Below are positions 58,209 through 64,000 of a DNA stretch of 64,000 bases, piece after piece; within the stretch, counting starts at the first letter, position 1, and every line of letters begins with the position of its first letter. Origin of the DNA: an uncultured Gemmatimonadaceae bacterium (GTDB taxonomy: Bacteria; Gemmatimonadota; Gemmatimonadetes; Gemmatimonadales; Gemmatimonadaceae); the NCBI GenBank assembly GCA_963740355.1, contig CAVUDW010000003.1, positions 96,001-160,000 of the forward strand, written 5' to 3'. The position numbers and the translations under genes are program-made. The notes under the pieces are model-generated. The model was not told the DNA's origin and searched no databases. It saw only the letters and a list, made by a program, of their open reading frames with translations.

Positions 58209-59501
58209 ATGTCGACGTCTATGCACGCTACACCGGAAACGCTGGAAGCTCTCGAGCCGACGCTTCTTCCGGACGGTCCGATTCTCGTCGGCACCGACAC
58301 CGCCCCTGATTCCGATGCGGCCTTTCCGCTGGCAGCCGCCCTCGCAGCCCGAGCCAAGGTCGAGGCGATCGCCTTGACGGTGGTCGAACCGACCAACCTG
58401 CCGATCTACGGCGTGGATGGTATGGTGGTCTCGATGGAGACCGCTGCCGAGACCGAGTCGGCGCGCGAGTCAGCCACCCGTGCGCAGCTGACACGGATGG
58501 TCGCGGCCAACGCCGCGTGGCCGATCGTCGTCAAGACGGGCGAGCCAGCCCGCGAAATCGCCTCGGCCGCGGACAAGATGCACGCACGACTGGTGGTCGT
58601 CGGGCGAGGACGGCACCGTGGCATCGACCGCCTCTTCGGCGGTGAATCGGTGCTGCGAATGGTGCAGCTGGGTGATTCCCCGGTGCTCGCGGTCGAGGAG
58701 GGCCTGACCTCACCGCCGCGCCGCGTCGTGATCGCCACCGATTTCAGTCCATTCAGCCTCTACGCGGCGCAGGTCGCCATGAGTGTCGTGGCACCCGACG
58801 CAACGGTGTGGTTGCTGCATGTTGGCCCCCCGTTCGACGAAACCGTCCCCTACCTGAAGGAGCGCGCTGACGCATATCGCGAACAGTCGGCGGTGGCGTT
58901 CACGCGAATGAAGGCACTCCTGAACCGCAGTCGCGCGACGTTCCAGAGTGTGGTGCTCACCGGGAGCGCTCCCGACCAGCTGCTGAAGTACCTGGAAGAC
59001 CAGAAGGCCGACCTGGTCGTGACGGCAACACACGGATACGGGTTCATCCGGCGCATGGTGCTTGGGAGCGTTGCGGCGACGCTGATCCGGAACGCGCCCT
59101 GCTCGGTGCTGGTCGTCCCCGGTTCGGCGCGCACGATTGCGGCGGCACGTGCGCGCACGGCGCCGAATGCGCGGACACGCACATTCACCGCAGACTCGTT
59201 CGATGCAGAACTGGCAGCGTTCACATCCCGAAATGCTGGTCGACGTTGCCTGGTGGAGGTCGACCAGGATGATCTCGGAGCCCAGGTGCTTGGGCACGAG
59301 TTGCAGCTCGTCGGCGCAACCTACGATCGGCACGACAGCGGCGTCGCGCTGATGTTCGGCACCTCGACGCTGAAGGGACTCCATCTCACGCATGCGATCA
59401 CGGGCGTGACGGAGATCGACCTCGCGAGCAACGCCGGCGGGGAAGATCAGGTCCTGCGCATAGTCAACGCGAGCGGCCAGACCCTCGTGACGCTGTCCTG
59501 A
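58209..59501 (+). CDS. Universal stress protein with tandem USP domains plus an extra C-terminal domain
   Basis: ILVGTD...GEPAREI...VVGRG; VIATDFS...THG...LGSVA...APCSVLVVP. Confidence 0.88.
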   Translation: MSTSMHATPETLEALEPTLLPDGPILVGTDTAPDSDAAFPLAAALAARAKVEAIALTVVEPTNLPIYGVDGMVVSMETAAETESARESATRAQLTRMVAANAAWPIVVKTGEPAREIASAADKMHARLVVVGRGRHRGIDRLFGGESVLRMVQLGDSPVLAVEEGLTSPPRRVVIATDFSPFSLYAAQVAMSVVAPDATVWLLHVGPPFDETVPYLKERADAYREQSAVAFTRMKALLNRSRATFQSVVLTGSAPDQLLKYLEDQKADLVVTATHGYGFIRRMVLGSVAATLIRNAPCSVLVVPGSARTIAAARARTAPNARTRTFTADSFDAELAAFTSRNAGRRCLVEVDQDDLGAQVLGHELQLVGATYDRHDSGVALMFGTSTLKGLHLTHAITGVTEIDLASNAGGEDQVLRIVNASGQTLVTLS

Positions 59502-59509
59502 TCAGCGCA

Positions 59510-60304
59510 TCACCGTGATGGCGGCTCCATCACGAATCGAAGCAGCGTCGGAACGGCGCAGCCAGCAACTCTCGCCGGCTGCGCCGTCATGCCCTTGAGC
59601 CGGTCGAGGAGCTGCGCCGCATAGCTCGGATCGGCAAGGGTGTACAGATCCACGGAGCCACGGCGCACCGTGCCTTGCGCCTCGATGATTGCAATGGCCT
59701 GCACCAGCGATCGCGCGTCACGGGTCGAGTCGGCCGCGGTGGCCGGCAGCGCGCCGGAGAAATTGCGATAGACCGGGAGCTGGAGCTCAGCCACATCCAT
59801 CCCGGCACGCAACGAATCGCCAACACCGAAGAACAGTTCGGCGACCAGTGAGATCTCGCGTCCCATGGTCGGTGGAAATGGCGCGAACGCCCGCTGGGAG
59901 CCGGCAGCCATCACGCCAGCCGCCAGGCTCGCATCGAGCGCGTCGGAGCCAGACCGCGACAACATGCCACGAATCTTCGCGGTCCCGTCAGACCGTGCAT
60001 CGAACAACAGGGTCGAGCGTGCCGTCACTGTTGCCGTGCCGGGCTCTCGGCCACCGACATAGGCAGCGAAAGCGAGATTCGGCGGCACAATGAAGCCTTG
60101 CCGAAGTCCATCCAACGCAGCCAGCGCCCACGTCGAGGGCAAGGGCGCAGACAAATCCGCGCGCCGCAGGAATACCCGCATCGTATCCAGCTGCATGCCG
60201 ACGGGCGCACGCAATGCCGCGGAGTCACAGGAGACGTTCGGTGCCTGGCCACGGGCGGACGTGGCGATCACGATCGACAGTGCGACTAGAATTGAAGCTT
60301 TCAT
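59510..60304 (-). CDS. Hypothetical exported protein, possibly with TonB C-terminal-like domains
   Basis: Signal peptide; SGSDALDAS...APFP and QPARVAGCAV resemble TonB_C motifs. Confidence 0.55.
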   Translation of the reverse strand: MKASILVALSIVIATSARGQAPNVSCDSAALRAPVGMQLDTMRVFLRRADLSAPLPSTWALAALDGLRQGFIVPPNLAFAAYVGGREPGTATVTARSTLLFDARSDGTAKIRGMLSRSGSDALDASLAAGVMAAGSQRAFAPFPPTMGREISLVAELFFGVGDSLRAGMDVAELQLPVYRNFSGALPATAADSTRDARSLVQAIAIIEAQGTVRRGSVDLYTLADPSYAAQLLDRLKGMTAQPARVAGCAVPTLLRFVMEPPSR

Positions 60305-60383
60305 GCTCCCAAAGTACGCCACACCGTCAGCCAACCGTCAATCCGGTCGAAAGGTCAGCCGTCGATGCCAGGCACGCCTGCCG

Positions 60384-61205
60384 CTACGCGCCGGCCTTCA
60401 CGAATCGCAGCGGCTTGTCGCTGCCGGAATAGGTGATCAGCAGCGTGCTCCCCTGCACCTCGAAGCGCTGTGCTTGCTCGAGCGCCTTGAAGTACTTGGT
60501 CTCCTGATCCATGACCGCCGGCGTGCAGGCCATCCGGGTCGCGCCGAGCGCGCCAAACGTGATCATCTGGCCGGTGATCGTCGACGAGCCGAAGAACCGA
60601 TTGCAGGAGCCCTTCCCCGACACCCTTCCATCGGCTGCGAACTCGAGTGTCGCTTCGATGCGATCGACGACGCCGGCCCCTCCGAGATCCTCGAGGCGCC
60701 ATGCGGTGCCGGCGAGCGGAGTGCCGGCGCCAGCCGGGGAATCCGGTACGCTGCGCGAGACGAGGATGTTCACGTTGCCCGTGTTGCCGCCGGTGATGAC
60801 GGCGTATTCCTGCGTCGACGCGTAGAGCATCTCTCCACCCGACCGGATTGCAGCCTTGACGGCATACTTGTGGTCTGCCGCAATGCGCGATGGATCGTAG
60901 GTGACCTCGAACGGGATCGGCACCTGTCGACCGTTCGTCGACACCTTCGCCTCACCCACCAGCGCCATGGTCATCATCAGTCCTGGCGTCACGTCTGTGA
61001 TCCAGACTTCCACCACGGACTCTGGCGGCAAGGCCGAGCGATCGCGATAGGCCACCGTGCCGCGCACCACCGCAGATCCGGGCGTTGGCGTCACCTGAGG
61101 CGAGACTGGAGGGGTCATTTGTCCGCTGGGCTGCGCGCAACCGATCAGTGCGCCGGTCGCCACGACGATCAAGCGCTGAAGGGACTGCGGAAGACGAGTG
61201 GTCAT
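60384..61205 (-). CDS. YbaY-like plus META (HslJ) domain lipoprotein
   Basis: LIGC lipobox; GTVAYRDRSALPP...QVPIPF; LAGTAWRL...GSCNRFFG...TRMAC. Confidence 0.88.
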   Translation of the reverse strand: MTTRLPQSLQRLIVVATGALIGCAQPSGQMTPPVSPQVTPTPGSAVVRGTVAYRDRSALPPESVVEVWITDVTPGLMMTMALVGEAKVSTNGRQVPIPFEVTYDPSRIAADHKYAVKAAIRSGGEMLYASTQEYAVITGGNTGNVNILVSRSVPDSPAGAGTPLAGTAWRLEDLGGAGVVDRIEATLEFAADGRVSGKGSCNRFFGSSTITGQMITFGALGATRMACTPAVMDQETKYFKALEQAQRFEVQGSTLLITYSGSDKPLRFVKAGA

Positions 61206-61450
61206 TGGATGCGAGAGTTCGGGAAGCGGAACACCGTCGAGTTTTGAGGCAACTTGCACCTCTGTCAACTGGAGATGCGCGAGCCTCGTTCCGATGCACA
61301 GACTCCGCCGACCGAGCCCTCAGCGAACTCTGCCGCACGGGCGTACTCAGAGAATGTCCACCTCAGGTGGCGAGCGAGGCTGCTCGGCCGCAGGTTCGTG
61401 GATACAGGAGCGGGGAGCCTCCCGCTCAGCCCTACCGTCCCAGCCCTCCG

Positions 61451-62680
61451 ATGACACTGTCTCTCGTACGTGTAGCCGCGACCGCCACGCTGGTCTGCCT
61501 TGCCCTGCCAGCCAGCCTGTCCGCCCAGGCTGCAATGGCCGCCACGCCCGCGTCGGATTCCGCCGATGCGATGATCCGCACGATGGTCTCCCGCCTCGAC
61601 TTCGATCGCTACAAGGCGACCGTGAAGGGGCTCACCGCGTTCGGCGATCGCCGCCAGGGCACCGACCGCAATCGTGCCGCCGTGGACTGGATCGAGGCAC
61701 AGCTGAAGAGCTACGGCTGCACCAACACGGAGCGCATCACCTACGACTACCAGCCGCCTGCTCCCGTCGCCCGTCCGGCTGGCCCGGCACCGGTGCCCGG
61801 TGCGGTGCGCAGAGAACAGGGCGGCGGACGCTCACGCGGCATGCGCACCCGGACTGGCGTCAACAACGACTCGCTCCGTCAGCCTGACGCCCGCCTGCGC
61901 GCCCTCAATTCGCAGCCCAGCACCCCAGGGCAGCGTCAAGAGGTCTACTGCACCAAGATTGGCACCACCCACCCGGAGGAGATGTACATCGTTGGTGCGC
62001 ACATGGATGGCATTGGGTGGGGCGAGGCCGCCAATGACGATGGCTCCGGCACGGCCCTGGTGATGGAACTGGCACGTGTCTTCAGCAGCCCCGATGTCAC
62101 GACCGAGCGTTCCATTCGCTTCGTGCTCTGGAACAACGAAGAAACGGGACTCAACGGCGCCCGAGCCTACGTCGAACAGCGTGCCGCGCTGCAAGGCAAG
62201 GAAATGCCAGCTGGTTCGGGCAAGTATCCTGAGCCGAAGTGGCTCGGCATGATCCAGCATGACATGATGATGTTCGATCATGGCATGCCGAAAGCCGACA
62301 GCTCCATCGCCAAGGAGCAGCGGCCGGAGGCTGACGTGAACATCGAGTTCCAGTCAGCCTCGAAGTTCGCGGCGCAGTCGGCAGCCCTCGCCTGGATCCT
62401 GCACGGCGCGAACGAAAAGTTCGCGACCGACTACCCAGCCTCAGTGGGCCCGCACATGACCAACACCGACTCCGGGCCCTTCCAGGATCTGGTGGCGTCG
62501 ATCAGCCTGCGCGAGAACGAACGCGGCACGCAGGTCGGTAGTGGTTGGGACCCGCATTGGCACCAGCCGACGGATCTGTTCTCCACGTTCACCGACAAGG
62601 ATTTCCGGCTTGGCCTGAACGCGGCGCAGACGACGTTTGGCGCGCTCGCCACGCTGACGGGTGCGAAGCTGACGCGCTGA
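61451..62680 (+). CDS. M28 family metallopeptidase, exported
   Basis: Signal peptide; GAHMD, ANDDGSG, NEETGL, HDM and WHQPTD zinc-ligand motifs. Confidence 0.85.
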   Translation: MTLSLVRVAATATLVCLALPASLSAQAAMAATPASDSADAMIRTMVSRLDFDRYKATVKGLTAFGDRRQGTDRNRAAVDWIEAQLKSYGCTNTERITYDYQPPAPVARPAGPAPVPGAVRREQGGGRSRGMRTRTGVNNDSLRQPDARLRALNSQPSTPGQRQEVYCTKIGTTHPEEMYIVGAHMDGIGWGEAANDDGSGTALVMELARVFSSPDVTTERSIRFVLWNNEETGLNGARAYVEQRAALQGKEMPAGSGKYPEPKWLGMIQHDMMMFDHGMPKADSSIAKEQRPEADVNIEFQSASKFAAQSAALAWILHGANEKFATDYPASVGPHMTNTDSGPFQDLVASISLRENERGTQVGSGWDPHWHQPTDLFSTFTDKDFRLGLNAAQTTFGALATLTGAKLTR

Positions 62681-62692
62681 CTTCTGGGGTGG

Positions 62693-63338
62693 GTGGCCGC
62701 CGGGGCTCAAACCCCTGCCTCGATCGCGGCATCCAATGTCGTGTCTACCGCCGCCACCCACTCCCGCCACGTGCCACTGGTCTCCGCCGCATCGATCGAC
62801 GCTACGATTCTCGCGGCCCAGCGCGGCGACGAGGTGGCGTTCGCGACGCTGTACGACACGCATGCACCGCGCGTGTACGCACTCTGCCTCCGGCTATCGG
62901 GAGACGGTGTCGCGGCCGAGGAGTTGGTGCAGGATGTGTTCGTGCGTGTGTGGGAGAGCTTGGCGTCGTACCGCAGCGACTCCGCCTTCACGACCTGGTT
63001 GCATCGTGTTGCCGTCAACACGGTGCTGCAGTCGCATCGTTCTGGCCGGCGCCGTTCACTGCGGGTGGCCATCGCTGCCGACCTGCGGCTCGATCGGCCG
63101 GACTCTCGGACGGGCCTCCCTGATGCCGTGACGAGCCGCCCGCGATCATGGTCTCGCCATCGATCTCGAACAGGCCATACGACAACTGCCCCCAGGCGCG
63201 CGGGCGGTGTTCGTTCTGCACGACATCGAGGGCTACCAGCATGGCGAAATCGGCGAACGATTGTCGATCGCCGAGGGGACATCCAAGGCCCAGTTATTTC
63301 GCGCGCGCCGCTTGCTTCGGGAGATGCTCGCCTCATGA
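62693..63338 (+). pseudogene. ECF sigma factor split by a frameshift near 63132-63150 (pseudogene or assembly indel)
   Basis: Region 2 (AEELVQDVF...FTTWLHRVAVN) is in one frame; region 4 (LEQAIRQLPPGARAVFVLHDIEGYQHGEI...SKAQLFRARRLL, stop 63336-63338) is in the +1 frame. Confidence 0.8.
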
Positions 63339-63880
63339 CATGCCAGGACTTTGACGCCACGCTAGTCGCGTACCTTGCCGGCGAACTCAGTCGCACGGAT
63401 GCCGAATTGCTGGAACAGCACGCAGCGGAATGTGCGGCGTGTGAAGTGGCGCTCGACCGCGCCACGCGACGCCCATCGATCACCAACGTGCTCATGCCGC
63501 CGGTGACGCTGCGACAGGCCACGCTTGCTGCCGTCTCAGCGCGACGCGCGCAGACCTCGTCGCGACGCCGATGGGTTGGATCCGCCGTGCTGGCCGCCGC
63601 CGCAGGGTTCGTGTTCTGGATCGTACCGATGCGACCGACTCGACCTGAGTCGGCCGCTGTCCTGTCAGGCATCGACAGCACGGCTCGCACCGACTCCACG
63701 CCCGAGCGTCTGGCGGCGACACGGGCTCGCCCCGAATTCGAGGCACTCGACTCCGCCGCGCAGGAGTTGCAGCGCGCAATCGCGGCGTCGCCGGGAGACT
63801 CGCAACTGCGCGCCTTTCTGGCGTCAGTCACCTCACAGCGGAGCGAACTGCAGCGCTGCGTACAGGCGGCGAAGTCGTGA
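63335..63880 (+). CDS. Zinc-finger (zf-HC2/ZAS) anti-sigma factor
   Basis: MTC...HAAECAAC motif followed by a TM helix; ATGA overlap with the natural sigma stop. Confidence 0.85.
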   Translation: MTCQDFDATLVAYLAGELSRTDAELLEQHAAECAACEVALDRATRRPSITNVLMPPVTLRQATLAAVSARRAQTSSRRRWVGSAVLAAAAGFVFWIVPMRPTRPESAAVLSGIDSTARTDSTPERLAATRARPEFEALDSAAQELQRAIAASPGDSQLRAFLASVTSQRSELQRCVQAAKS

Positions 63881-63915
63881 GGAGATCGCGTCAGGTTGCC
63901 AGCCGTACGTACCTG

Positions 63916-64000
63916 ATGCGACGAGTCGCTGTCGTCGCATTGCTGCAGGTCGCCTGGTCAGCGGGTGGGAAAGCACAGCAGCAGGTACATCGCGGAGTCC
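63916..64000 (+). CDS. N-terminus of an exported protein, truncated by the window edge
   Basis: MRRVAVVALLQVAWSAGGKAQQ signal peptide; an in-frame GTG at 63877 overlaps the anti-sigma stop. Confidence 0.5.
   Translation, partial: MRRVAVVALLQVAWSAGGKAQQQVHRGV

Noticed and set aside
62693..63880. 395-aa ORF as a genuine natural sigma/anti-sigma fusion protein
   Set aside because: The middle section is the out-of-frame translation of sigma region 4; treated as a frameshifted gene plus a separate anti-sigma

Overview
High-GC bacterial chromosomal window. A phototrophic Gemmatimonadota-like host is inferred from bchE/bchJ, three Hanks-type kinases, two ECF43-type sigmas and a PEP-CTERM gene; this is not proven. 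Left to right: (1) a phenylacetate catabolic cluster (partial paaJ, paaI, paaH, paaG, paaABCD) interleaved with a fused 2-oxoacid dehydrogenase E1 alpha/beta, a crotonase and a divergent Leu/Phe-dehydrogenase-like gene; (2) a PEP-CTERM gene, and metY behind a SAM-II-type riboswitch plus terminator; (3) a Ser/Thr kinase, a GNAT and a flippase-GT2 pair; (4) a mirror-symmetric cassette of two ECF43 sigma/kinase pairs enclosing a vanadium-haloperoxidase-like lipoprotein and two exported proteins; (5) a co-oriented minus-strand run of small membrane protein, NAD(P)H flavin/Fe-S oxidoreductase, cytochrome b, Rieske and cytochrome c, immediately followed by bchE-hemN-bchJ-hemJ; (6) a cyclic beta-1,2-glucan synthase; (7) a stand-alone BLUF photoreceptor divergent from an alphaproteobacterial-style cheA-cheW-mcp-cheY-cheB-cheR operon whose soluble receptor has two FAD-type PAS domains plus an Aer2-type heme PAS; (8) assorted envelope/stress genes and a frameshifted ECF sigma/anti-sigma pair. 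I saw no rRNA, tRNA, CRISPR array or IS element. All assignments come from motif recognition by eye; no searches were run, and some start codons are my best choice rather than the longest ORF.
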